DNA from: Mycoplasma zalophidermidis
GTDB lineage: Bacteria; Bacillota_I; Bacilli_A; Mycoplasmatales; Metamycoplasmataceae
NCBI RefSeq assembly: GCF_018913985.1
Contig: NZ_JAHMHK010000006.1
Span: forward strand, 19,494 to 43,493
Direction of reading: 5' to 3'
DNA length: 24,000 bases
Of this stretch, positions 1-9,024 are shown one piece after another. A program made the position numbers and the translations under genes. The notes below the pieces were generated by a model. It saw only the letters and a list, made by a program, of their open reading frames with translations, did not search any database and was not told the DNA's origin. Position 1 is the stretch's first letter. Every line of letters begins with the position of its first letter.

Positions 1-6
1 ACTAAA

Positions 7-276
7 ATGGCAAAATTCCGTTCAAAAAAACCTGCTTTCAACAGACGTCGTAGAAGCTTAATCGCTGACTTAAACCTAAACTACATTGATTACAAAGATA
101 TTGAATTGCTAAATAAATTTGTTACAAACACAGGTCAAATTAAACCACGTGCTTTAACAGGATTATCAGCAAAAGACCAACGAAAAGTTGCAATGGCAAT
201 CAAAAGAGCTCGTTTTATGGCTCTAATGCCTTACGCTAAAGAACGTGTACGTGTTGTAAACAACCCTACACACTAA
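7..276 (+). CDS. rpsR: 30S ribosomal protein bS18
   Basis: ATG at 7 and TAA at 274-276 give 89 aa. The translation (...[32 protein letters not shown]...) is a typical S18 sequence. A hairpin terminator follows. Confidence 0.95.
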   Translation: MAKFRSKKPAFNRRRRSLIADLNLNYIDYKDIELLNKFVTNTGQIKPRALTGLSAKDQRKVAMAIKRARFMALMPYAKERVRVVNNPTH

Positions 277-287
277 TATTTTAGTTA

Positions 288-316
288 ATGACACCAACAT
301 CTGGTGTCATTTTTTT
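288..316 (+). terminator. Rho-independent terminator of rpsR
   Basis: The stem atgacacca (288-296) pairs with tggtgtcat (302-310) around a 5-nt loop. A T6 run follows at 311-316. Confidence 0.7.
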
Positions 317-341
317 AAAAAAATGTGAGTCGAACTCACAT
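317..341 (-). terminator. Rho-independent terminator of tsaC (convergent with the rpsR terminator)
   Basis: The stem atgtgagt (323-330) pairs with actcacat (334-341) around a 3-nt loop. On the minus strand it is followed by the T-run complementary to the A-run at 317-323. It lies 6 nt past the tsaC stop. Confidence 0.6.
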
Positions 342-346
342 AAAAA

Positions 347-805
347 TTATCTAATTCACTCTTTGGTATCGACATTATAAATTCGACTTGCCTTACCTGA
401 AACCTGACCAAAATTAAAAACATTTGTTATTTGAGGGAAAACAGTTTTAGCTTGATTAATCTGAATTGGTTCTTGACCCGAAATATTAGCACTTGTAACA
501 TACATTGGACCATTTTTTAACAAGAACTCATTAAGTTTTGGGTGATTGGGCATTCTGAAACCTTGGTTATTAACAACAATACTTACTGCTCCGGGCCAGA
601 ACTTTAATGCTACATCATTTGCTTCTTCGTTTCATTCCTTAAATTTTTGAGCTTGTTCCAATGATCCAACTAGAATCATTATTTTTTTATGAGCTGGACG
701 CTGTTTAAGTTCATAAATAGTTTCCAAGGTTGTATCACTAATTGGTCCACCAATACCGCATACAGTATCTGTAGTAGTTATAAAAATTTTTTCGTACTTG
801 TTCAT
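347..805 (-). CDS. tsaC: L-threonylcarbamoyladenylate synthase, YrdC/TsaC family (t6A tRNA modification)
   Basis: ORF-track piece 356..553 ends at a TGA. Reading TGA as Trp gives ATG 805 to TAA 347 (152 aa). The sequence MNKYEKIFITTTDTVCGIGG...WPGAVSIVV...MYVTSANISGQEP looks like the YrdC-domain fold. Confidence 0.8.
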
Positions 806-821
806 ATTACTTCCATCTTAA

Positions 822-3191
822 TTATTTAATCGCTACTTTAATAAGTTTTTTACTATCAAAATCAACTGCTAATTTCTCATTTTTGTTTAATTCAAACTCA
901 AAACCATAAATCTCTGGAAATACATCCGCAATAAAACCTAGGATGAATTCGTAAACAACAATCATTGCGACAACGTCATTATGACAATATTCTTTTAATT
1001 TTTCAACTTTAGCAGCTCACTCATTATCTTTAGTGCAATTGGCATTTCTATTTACGGCCAGTTCTAGTGCCATAGAACCATTTTTGATTTCTAATCCGGC
1101 ATACTCTTTAATTTTTCAACGATATTGATAACCGCTTTTAGTAATTAATTTTTCAAGTTTTTTGATGCTGGTGTAACCCAGCAGTTCCATTATTCGAATA
1201 GTTTTTAATTCTTTATCAGCAAAGGTGTTGCGACGATACTCATCGCAGATTTTTTTATAATCATCTAGATTTCCTTCAAATTCTTTAAGATTTAATTTGA
1301 ATGACGGTTTATGATACTCATTATATTTTATATATCGCGAGACATAAAACACTTGATCTGTTATATCAGTTTTGGTTGTAAAACACTCTAATAAATCGAA
1401 TGTATTATCATAAATATGCTTAACTAAAATTTCAAAATCTAACCATGAATCAAATCCACGTGTTCTCATTTGATTTACAAATTCAACATCATCGGTATTA
1501 TTTTGGTCAAAATTATCATAACGTTGTTTGACCATATCTCTGATTTCTAAATTTCTTGTGTTTTCGTAATTTTTATTGAAAACAACATATTTATCTGCCG
1601 AACTATGAACCCTAATTATGACATCAACCAAATCAATAAGCTCTAAGTTTTTAGGATCTTTAATAACATCCTCTTCTGAAACTACCTGACCATTTTGTGT
1701 AATAATCACAGAAACTTGATGAGGAACTTGTCTTCACGATTTTAACCCATCAAAAATTGGAATTAACGAGCTAACTCCTTCATAGTCATATCAGACAATT
1801 TTCAAATTCTTAACCATTAATTCACTGATTAATTCTAAAGCTTTATTGGTGAAATAATTCGGAAAGCTATACAACTTATCAACAATGAATTTATGTTTAT
1901 CAATATGATTTTGGTCTAATATCTTTAATGAATTACCTGTGCCACCATTACCCGATGAATAAACATAGTTTGGTCCTAAATATAGATTTTTAATTGTATT
2001 TAACTCTTTATTCTTTCCTCAAGCGGTCGAATCAGTAGATAAATCGAAAATCAATTCACCATTTTGTTTTATCGAGTAAGCAGGTTTTGTAATTTTACTT
2101 GCATCAATTATTTTAGAAATAGATTGGTCAAATTCTTCATATTTTGCTTCTTTTAAATTAACAGTAAGGTCAGGGATAAATAATTCATTATTTCTAATAT
2201 TATTTACAATTTTAGTTGAAAATTTTGTAACATCCTTGGATTTGGGGTTATCAAAAACATATCCTAGTTTAAATGAATTATAAACACTTGCCTTGAGCCC
2301 TTCATAATTGGATTGCGAATGGGCTAATCCAGAATTAATTAAATCACGAACAATCAATTTATTTGCGTCTTTAGTTAAACTTATTCCTTCTCTTTTCACT
2401 GATGAAGCACTAGCACTAGAATAAGACCCATCAACTGTGCGAAATGTAATTCTTCCTTTTTTGTCGTTTTCGAAGTCAAAAATAACGAATTTTATATTAT
2501 TAATTTTAATACGAGATTTTAGCGCAACATTATAAGTAAAATAAGCTTTTAGATAATCATCTATATTAGTAGAGCTTTTCATTTTTTGGAAATATAAAGT
2601 GCAATGTTCTTTACAATATGCAAAGCAAGTTGCCTTAACAACAAAATTAGCATCACTTTTTTTTGCTAGATAACAAAATGTTGGATCAATTAGCAATGTT
2701 TTATTATTATCAACTAAAAAATCATTTAAAAATTCGTCAGCTAAATGTAGTTGAGTAACTGGAAAAATTCTTTGCATATAAGAAGTTGTCAAATTATTTC
2801 CATGGTATTTAATTAAATAATCACAAGCCTGTTTATACGCATTCGTGAACATGTTTTGATTTTCCATTTTGTAATTTCACTCGCTAGTAAAAAAACTTTT
2901 GGTCATGTCGCTTAAATATTTATTATCGTAATAAGATTCTTCATCTTCATCATTAAGTTCTTTTAAAAAATCAAACTGGTGTAATGCTTCATTAGTTGAT
3001 GAAGACTCAATCATAGAATCCAAAAACAACTTGAAACCATTAATGTCAACATTCGGAATAATCGAATTCCCTTCAGAATCCTTTTCAGATCAAATGAAGT
3101 AAGGTTGACTTGTGTAATATGTTTTGAATTGGCTAAAAGAAATAAGTTTTGTATTATCTTTATTTAACTTGTCAGAACTCGATATCTTCAT
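822..3191 (-). CDS. DUF2779-domain protein (RNase H-like/DEDD-type exonuclease-like C-terminal half; Cas4/RecB-like N-terminal region that looks degenerate)
   Basis: One frame runs from ATG 3191 (GGAG 7 nt upstream) to TAA 822 (789 aa). It joins track pieces 2019..2867 and 1116..1709 through in-frame TGA codons, and I checked the gaps codon by codon. The C-terminal half carries the DUF2779 pattern as I remember it: VWYDYEGVSSLIPIFDGLKSWRQVPHQVSV, YVVFNKNYENTRNLE, GYTSIKKLEKL and LKEYCHNDVVAMIVVYEFI. Confidence 0.7.
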
Positions 3192-4005
3192 CTACATCTC
3201 CAAATCTTTTTCATTTATTGAATAATTCTTCTCATTCCTGTTCATTATGACACAATAAATACTCGACGACTTTTGCATCACGTCTAGCATCATATTTTGG
3301 ACTTATACCAGTTCTTGAATAATATTTTCAAAATTTGACAATTGTCTCCAAGTCATCACGCGCTTTATTTTGGTCAACATCAAACATATATTGGGCAATA
3401 TTTCTTTGATTTAAATCTATTAACTCAGGTTTTTCATAGTCTCCTTCCTCTAAATAAGTAGCAACTATTGAATATCTTGGATAACCTAATAAATAAGCAT
3501 ACAATTCTGCTTGTTTTCGATAATCTAAAGGAACATTAAGATTGTTGTTTTGTTCTCAAATCGCTTGTTTTTTAGCTTGTACCGCTTTCATTTCTAATAC
3601 TATTTTTTTAGAAGGTATCAACCCATCAGGAACTCCACCGACGATGTCATGAGTTTCTTTAAAATAATCATATCCAACCTTTGCAGCTTCGATATGCTCG
3701 ATATCAAGTTTCGGAAATTTCTTTTTCATTAAATCAAAAACCATTGGTTCAACGGTTTCACCAGCCCTTACATACTTTTTAACAAAAATTGGAGGAGCAA
3801 GTCGTGCCATATGTAAAAACGCTAAAAATTGTCCCTTAAATGAATCAGTTTCAAAAATATTTCCTATTGATGATCCTCCGAATTTTTTGAAACCTTTACC
3901 TGCAGGTTTGCTTAATAAATCTTCATGATATTGAGTTCTTAATTTAAGTGTTTGGTTAACCACATCTAAATCGTAATCTACACCATTATATTTTCTTTTC
4001 GCCAT
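3160..4005 (-). CDS. YqaJ/lambda-exonuclease-like PD-(D/E)XK nuclease
   Basis: ATG 4005 (RBS AGGAGA) reads through the TGA at 3556 to TAA 3160 (281 aa). Motifs seen are GGSSIGNIF, GETVEP and VPDGLIPSKKIVLEMK (D127...E138-x-K140), the layout of YqaJ-type viral recombinase nucleases. The 3' end overlaps the next gene by 32 nt. Confidence 0.7.
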
Positions 4006-4119
4006 ATTTTCTCCTATATATTTTATAACATAAAATATATACTTTTTTTTCGTATTTCAAAGCATATTTTAAACTATTCTTAGTTACCGAATAGCTTATT
4101 TTTTATATTATTTTTCAAA

Positions 4120-4156
4120 AAACAATAAAAATAAAAAATCGCGCATCGGCGATTTT
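4120..4156 (-). terminator. Rho-independent terminator after the 451-aa orphan gene
   Basis: The stem aaaatcgc (4135-4142) pairs with gcgatttt (4149-4156) around a 6-nt loop. On the minus strand a long T-rich run follows (complement of the A-rich 4107-4138). This separates the orphan gene from the nuclease operon. Confidence 0.6.
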
Positions 4157-4164
4157 GGACGTAA

Positions 4165-5520
4165 TTAATTAACGTAATTAAATACTCAGTGTGCTATCAC
4201 GTAAATTCCGCCCCCGATTATTAATAATAAAATAATCAAGAATAATCAGAATAAAAGATCGTTTTGTCTGTTTGGGGCAGGAGTTTTGGTCGGTTCAACA
4301 TCAACTGTTCTTGTTCGAGTCATTGTTAAAGTTTGATTATCATTAAAAGGTAATAATTTAGTATCACCCAAAATTGATTCACCTAGGTCAAATTTAACTG
4401 AATTTGATTCAGATTTAAATTCACATTTTTCAAAATGGTAAGTTACAAAAGCAGTCTCTGAATTTATTATGTTGATTTGTTCAATTTTTACATCTAAAAC
4501 AGAATCAGATTTGAATTGTTTAGTTTGAAATAGAACTGCATCGTTATTATCTGTAATATCTGCATAAATCGAAGATAATGATACTAGGTTATTGAATTCG
4601 TCTTCAGTGATTGAAGGTACAAATGATTCATCTGCATAGATAATTTCTGTATTATCGTCAACTTTCCTAAAATCGAATACGCCTGTAATATCGCTAGAAA
4701 TTAAATTATCCTTTGAGAAGTGTCCTTTGAAAAATGCGTGTTCTAAATCTTGAACATTAATCTCTTCTACTTCGAAATTCAATTCTTGATTATCTGATTT
4801 GATACAGCACGAATGTAAATCTAATGCAGTCATGTTCTTTCTAGTTTTAGCGCAAACTTGTGCCGACTTAATCAATTCGCGGAATTGCTCTTCAGTAATT
4901 AAGTCTTCAGATTCATATAAAAATTCAGTTCCAGGAGTTAAATTAAAGTATATAAATTTTGCGATACGTGGTTCTGATACAAATTTATCTTTTTCTAATG
5001 TATACTCAACTGTTGCTTTTTTATCACTGTTAACAGCAATTCATAAAACATTTACACTAACATCAGCGGTTGATTTAATTGATTTTGAATTAATTAAAAT
5101 AGGTAAGTTGTTTCCGTTTAATTCAATGTAAAGTTTTGAGTTATCGATTAACTTATTGAATTGTTCTAGTGATAGAGATTTAGTTTTCTTGGCTGGTGTC
5201 TTGTCAACTAAGTCTTCTCTGTTAATAAATTCAATAACATCTTTATCTTCGATTTTTTCTTCCTTAACACGACCTAGAATCACCAAACATTGCTCTACTG
5301 TGGCACTTCCTCTAAAACATCCGTCTCGATGGAATCAAACCTTAGCAGGTGATTTTGTTTTTGAAGCTTTTTCAATAAAAGCATTTAAGGCTAACTCAAA
5401 TGTTGCAAAATTATTATGAGTTTTTAAATTTTGTTTTTTTAAGTTGAAAGACATGTTTCTATCTTTATCGAATTTTTCGGCTAAATAGTATTTAGCGAAT
5501 AAAGTTTTTTTAGTAGCCAT
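4165..5520 (-). CDS. Hypothetical protein with a single C-terminal transmembrane anchor (tail-anchored); no domain recognised
   Basis: Track pieces 5335..5592, 5041..5286 and 4246..4875 share one frame and are joined by TGA codons. The TGA at 4246 also reads through to TAA 4165. The preferred start is ATG 5520, preceded by AAAGGGGAAAAA. The protein is 451 aa and ends ...PTKTPAPNRQNDLLFWLFLIILLLIIGGGIYVIAHWVFNYVN. An alternative ATG at 5592 would add a 24-aa hydrophobic extension. Confidence 0.75.
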
Positions 5521-5659
5521 TTTTTCCCCTTTAAATAATAATATTAATAATATCATACAACAAATTACTATATTTAACATAAATATTAACATTTATTTCT
5601 GAATTTGTTTTTAATGCGTTTCTGAAACTGACTAAATTAACAACAAGAGCTGTAATTGC

Positions 5660-5694
5660 AAAATATTAAAAAGCAAACTCTAATTAGAATTTGC
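5660..5694 (-). terminator. Probable terminator after the 145-aa membrane protein gene (overlaps its stop codon)
   Basis: The near-perfect palindrome gcaaactctaa/ttagaatttgc (5673-5694) has one mismatch. On the minus strand it is followed by TTTTTAATATTTT. Confidence 0.45.
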
Positions 5695-6117
5695 TAGATA
5701 ATTTATTAGTTTAGATGAATCAAGTTTATTAATTTTACTAATCTTCTTACGGGAAATATTGTATGTTCAAATAGCAACTTTCGTATCAAAAATAATACTT
5801 AAATATCTTGGTTTGTACTTAACTCAAACCTTAGGATTATCTTGTTGATAAACACGTTCAATAATTAAACAAAAACGAACATAATTTAGGTAAATATTAA
5901 TTATTATTGCGGGTAAAAATAATAAAAAGATTGAAATCAATGTTGCTCATCATGGAACAATTAATTTTACACACGAAATAAGCACTATAATAGAAATAAT
6001 CAGTAAAACCAACATTACAAATAGAGAAATATTGAGTTTTTTACGACGTGCACACTTTAAAAATGACTCAGTAACATTCTCATCTATACCTAAGTCTAAA
6101 TAACTTTGTTTAGCCAA
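5680..6117 (-). CDS. Small membrane protein with two predicted TM helices and a basic C-terminal domain
   Basis: This gene is absent from the ORF track because it holds 4 in-frame TGA codons. I checked it codon by codon: TTG 6117 to TAG 5680 (145 aa) with no TAA/TAG. The GAGGAGG RBS lies inside the last codons of ktrB. Hydrophobic stretches are ISLFVMLVLLIISIIVLISCV and WWATLISIFLLFLPAIIINIYL. The TTG start is inferred. Confidence 0.6.
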
Positions 6118-7648
6118 TCATTACCTCCTCATGAATATAATCATATTTATATGAGTAATTCTTTTTACCACCCCAAACTAAAACAGTTGAACTAATGCCG
6201 AATTGACCTATAAACATAATTAAAATTATCACGAGTTTTGAAACATCATTCATATTAGAAGTAACACCAACTGTTAACCCACTAGTACCAAAGGCACTTG
6301 AAACTTCAAATAATAAATGAGCAAAACCAAATTTATTATGATCTAATTTACCGCCATAAGTAAAGGTGCTTGAGGATACTATTAATGTCCCAACAAACAC
6401 TAAAAATACTGAAATAGAGAAAATAATAAAACTCATTTTAACAGTATCATCATCAACTCTTCGTCTAAATGCTCGTACAGAAGGACGCCCACTAATTTTT
6501 GAAGCAAGAGCAAGTATTAAGATGGCAATAGTTGTTGTTCGAATACCACCCCCGGTAGAAACAGGGCCTGCTCCAATAAACATTAATATAGACATCATAA
6601 CCACGCTACTCATAGTTAAATGCTGTATATTAATGGTACTAAAACCGGCCGAACGAGTAGACAATGTTAGGAAAAGTGATTGTCAAATTTTTTCAACTAT
6701 ATTTCCATATTCTGCTTTATTTCAAAATGTTAACATTTCGTTTTTAGCGCTGGCTTCAAATGTCAATATAACAATAAAACCAATTACTGTAGTAATTAGA
6801 TAAGTGCTTGTTGAAATTTTTGTTATTAATTTAAAAACGTATTTTTTATTTTTGCCCCTGTATTTTATTTTAATTTTTATACAATTCAATAAATCGTAAA
6901 TAACCGGGTATCCCAGACCACCAATAACAAATAGAATTACGAAAAACATTTGTAATTCTATATTGTGATAATAAGACATTAGCGAATTATCGCCAATAAT
7001 GTCAAAACCAGCATTGTTCAAAGCTGAAATTGTATGGAAGAAACCATATCTAAATGATAATGCTCAATCTCCTTGCGAAGCAATAAAAGATCCGTGTAAG
7101 TTTATATCGCCGGCGACTTTAGGTTCAGCCAAATAAAAGTAAACACTTAAACCAAATCCAGAAATTATTGTAATGATTAATAAGGCTGAAACTGAATTAA
7201 TTATTACACGTTTATTTTGGCCAAAATTATCTCCTCCGCGTTCGTGGGCTAAAATTTCCATATCTGTAATTGAATTTTTGGCTCTAGGAAACATTAAAGT
7301 AAAGAAAAATATCTTTAAGGCAAAAATGCCAATTCCACCAGACAAAATCAAAAACGCTATAACTGCCTGGCCGAACATATTCCAAGTATTTCAACTAGCT
7401 TTAGTCACCAATCCAGTATCACTAAAAGCGGATGCGGTTGTAAACAACGCATCAATGTATGATATTTTATCTGTAGTTTGGTGCGTAATTGGACTTCATA
7501 AAACTAAGCTTGCTAATATTATTATTGCTAAATAAGTTATCAAAATGATACGAACATTTGATACTTTTTTTAATCAATAAAAAAACGAAGTAAGATTTTG
7601 TTTAAACCTAGAATTACGCCAGCGTGTTTGTCAATTCGGTTTTTTCAT
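6110..7648 (-). CDS. ktrB: K+ uptake transporter membrane subunit, TrkH/KtrB family
   Basis: Pieces 7064..7378, 6722..7021 and 6110..6664 are in one frame and joined by TGA. The gene runs from ATG 7648 to TAA 6110 (512 aa). Typical TrkH strings are present: TTASAFSDTGL, LILSGGIGIF, HTISALNNAGFD, STRSAGFSTI and GAGPVSTGGGIRTTT. Confidence 0.92.
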
Positions 7649-7692
7649 AAACATATTTTAATACATTAAAGAATAAATATGCATTTTTAAAC

Positions 7693-7698
7693 TATAAT
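7693..7698 (+). promoter_or_regulatory. Candidate -10 box (perfect TATAAT) for ktrA
   Basis: TATAAT lies 42 nt upstream of the ktrA ATG in the divergent ktrB/ktrA intergenic region. No convincing -35 box is present. Such hexamers occur by chance in AT-rich DNA. Confidence 0.35.
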
Positions 7699-7739
7699 TT
7701 AGAAAACTTAATATTCATCACACAAGCAAGGAGAATAAA

Positions 7740-8417
7740 ATGCCAAGAAAATCTATTCAGAATATCTGCGTTATTGGCGCAGGACGTTTCGGAGAAGCAG
7801 TCATCAGACAACTTCTAACAATGAAGGTTTCATTATTAGTTGTAGACAAAGACGAGGCAAATCTAAAAATGTTTGCCGATTTAGTTGATAAATTGGTTGT
7901 CGCAGACGCCGCTGATACCAAAACTTTAAAGGCTTTAGGAATCAATGATATGGATATTGTCGTTGTCGCTACTAACGACAATATTGAAATAGTTGCAGCT
8001 CTTACCGAATTAAAAGTTGACAACATTATTGCAAGAGCTAAATCAGCTCGTCACGCTAATGTTTTACAACAAATTGGAGTTAATGTAATTATTCGTCCCG
8101 AACAGGAAGCGGGAGTAAGAACCGCTCTTTTAGCTGCCAACCCAAACTTCGCTAAATATTCAAAAGGTTTACAAGAATTAGGAGACGGGTTTGTAATGGG
8201 TACTTCTTTACTGACTAATCCTTCACTAATTAACAAAACAATCAAAGAATGTAAATTCGTCGAAAAAGGCGTTAGCATCGTATTAATAAAACGTGGAGCT
8301 CAAAGCATCTTACCAAATGGTTTTAGTGTCTTGCAAGCCGGTGATATCATCACAATATTAGGAAAAGTACATGATGTTACACATGTTTTTGGTTTAATGA
8401 ACAAAGTAACTAAGTAA
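7740..8417 (+). CDS. ktrA: K+ uptake regulatory subunit, TrkA/KtrA (RCK) family
   Basis: The RBS AAGGAGA precedes ATG 7740, and the gene ends at TAA 8415-8417 (225 aa). It has the Rossmann motif VIGAGRFGEAV (TrkA-N) and a C-terminal TrkA-C-like part. It is divergently paired with ktrB. Confidence 0.9.
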   Translation: MPRKSIQNICVIGAGRFGEAVIRQLLTMKVSLLVVDKDEANLKMFADLVDKLVVADAADTKTLKALGINDMDIVVVATNDNIEIVAALTELKVDNIIARAKSARHANVLQQIGVNVIIRPEQEAGVRTALLAANPNFAKYSKGLQELGDGFVMGTSLLTNPSLINKTIKECKFVEKGVSIVLIKRGAQSILPNGFSVLQAGDIITILGKVHDVTHVFGLMNKVTK

Positions 8418-8452
8418 TTATCCCCACTTTTATGGAAATTTTCACATTTTAT

Positions 8453-8508
8453 AAAAACTCGTTTTTCGATAAAAAACTGTACGAAAAACGAGTTTTTATT
8501 TTTTTTAA
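8453..8508 (+). terminator. Strong rho-independent terminator after ktrA
   Basis: A perfect 16-bp stem forms between aaaaactcgtttttcg (8453-8468) and cgaaaaacgagttttt (8482-8497). A long T-run follows. Confidence 0.8.
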
Positions 8509-8565
8509 TTTTTTTATTACAAAATTATTTAAATTTTATTAAATAACATGCGTGAATAATGTAAA

Positions 8566-8592
8566 ATTGTGGTGGATAGTGGAGGAAAGTGG
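8566..8592 (+). promoter_or_regulatory. Putative MraZ operator: three direct repeats with 10-bp phasing
   Basis: The repeats ATTGTGG (8566-8572), ATAGTGG (8576-8582) and AAAGTGG (8586-8592) have GTGG cores exactly 10 bp apart. They sit directly upstream of the mraZ ATG and overlap its GGAGG RBS. A candidate -10 box TAAAAT lies at 8562-8567. Confidence 0.55.
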
Positions 8593-9024
8593 ATGTACGG
8601 ACAATATCAAAGAAATGTTGATTCAAAAAATAGAATTGCTTTGCCATCAAAATTGCGTGATGCATTAGGTAGCAAGTTTTATTTAACTGTTGGCATGGAA
8701 AATGTAATTGAATTACGAAGTGTTGAAGAATTCGAAAAATTAACTGCAGATTTAACTTCGCAAAGTCTTTACGATAAGAATGCGAGATTATTGAAACGTT
8801 GATGGTTGGGTAATACCCATGAAATCGAATTAGATTCTCAATCACGTTTTGTTATACCAAAATCTATTCTTACCAAAGGTGCTATCCAAAAAGATGTAGT
8901 CTTCATTGGTGTTGGTGACTCTGTGGAATTATGAGCTACCGAAATTTATGAAGAATACGAGTCAAAAATGAGTGTTAAAGATTTAGAAATGGCCGCCCAA
9001 GCATTGACACAAAGAGTTAAATAA
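8593..9024 (+). CDS. mraZ: Division/cell wall cluster transcriptional regulator MraZ
   Basis: ATG 8593 follows GGAGGA. The sequence MYGQYQRNVDSKNRIALPSKLR...SQSRFVIPKSIL shows the two SpoVT/AbrB-type MraZ repeats. One in-frame TGA falls at 8800-8802. TAA 9022-9024 overlaps the rsmH ATG (TAATG). The protein is 143 aa. Confidence 0.92.

Noticed and set aside
323-341. The sequence gagtcgaactc superficially resembles a tRNA T-arm.
   Set aside because: No acceptor, D or anticodon arms surround it. It is simply the stem-loop of the tsaC terminator.
4074-4094. An inverted repeat ctattc-N9-gaatag lies upstream of the nuclease operon promoter region.
   Set aside because: It has only 6 bp arms with a 9-nt loop. 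That is not distinguishable from background without conservation data.
4799-5419. Plus-strand ORFs 4799..5131 and 5156..5419 lie opposite the orphan protein gene.
   Set aside because: They are low-complexity antisense shadows with no RBS. The minus strand carries one continuous 451-codon frame supported by TGA-only interruptions.
5521-5592. An upstream ATG at 5592 would add MLIFMLNIVICCMILLILLFKGEK to the orphan protein, a possible N-terminal TM or signal anchor.
   Set aside because: This is not adopted as the primary call. The segment looks like translated AT-rich promoter DNA (it contains a TATGAT -10 candidate), lacks a basic n-region and has no RBS. ATG 5520 has AAAGGGGAAAAA directly upstream. 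The extension stays possible and needs 5'-end mapping.
5596-5626. An 8-bp direct repeat TTTCTGAA (5596-5603 and 5619-5626) lies upstream of the orphan gene.
   Set aside because: It is a short repeat in AT-rich DNA with plausible chance occurrence and no further copies or symmetry. It is noted only as a weak operator candidate.
7649-7739. A possible c-di-AMP (ydaO/kimA-type) riboswitch or other leader could lie in front of the K+ transporter genes.
   Set aside because: The divergent intergenic region is only 91 bp and almost pure A/T. It is too short and unstructured for that riboswitch class.
6366-8278. ORFs 6366..6803(+), 7173..7535(+), 7757..8026(-) and 8051..8278(-) lie antisense to ktrB and ktrA.
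   Set aside because: They sit opposite genes with unmistakable TrkH/TrkA homology. Their translations are compositionally odd and have no recognisable motifs or start signals.
8411-8425. A DnaA-box-like TTATCCCCA lies after ktrA, and a TGGTGGATAG lies near mraZ.
   Set aside because: They are single imperfect matches with no cluster, no dnaA/dnaN context and no AT-rich unwinding-element logic. The second belongs to the MraZ repeat array.
8525-8845. A minus-strand 106-aa ORF overlaps mraZ. The plus-strand ORF also has an extension starting at 8569 (MVDSGGKW...).
   Set aside because: The minus ORF is a shadow of mraZ. The 8569 extension is a GTG read through the operator/RBS repeats, and the true start is ATG 8593 just after GGAGGA.
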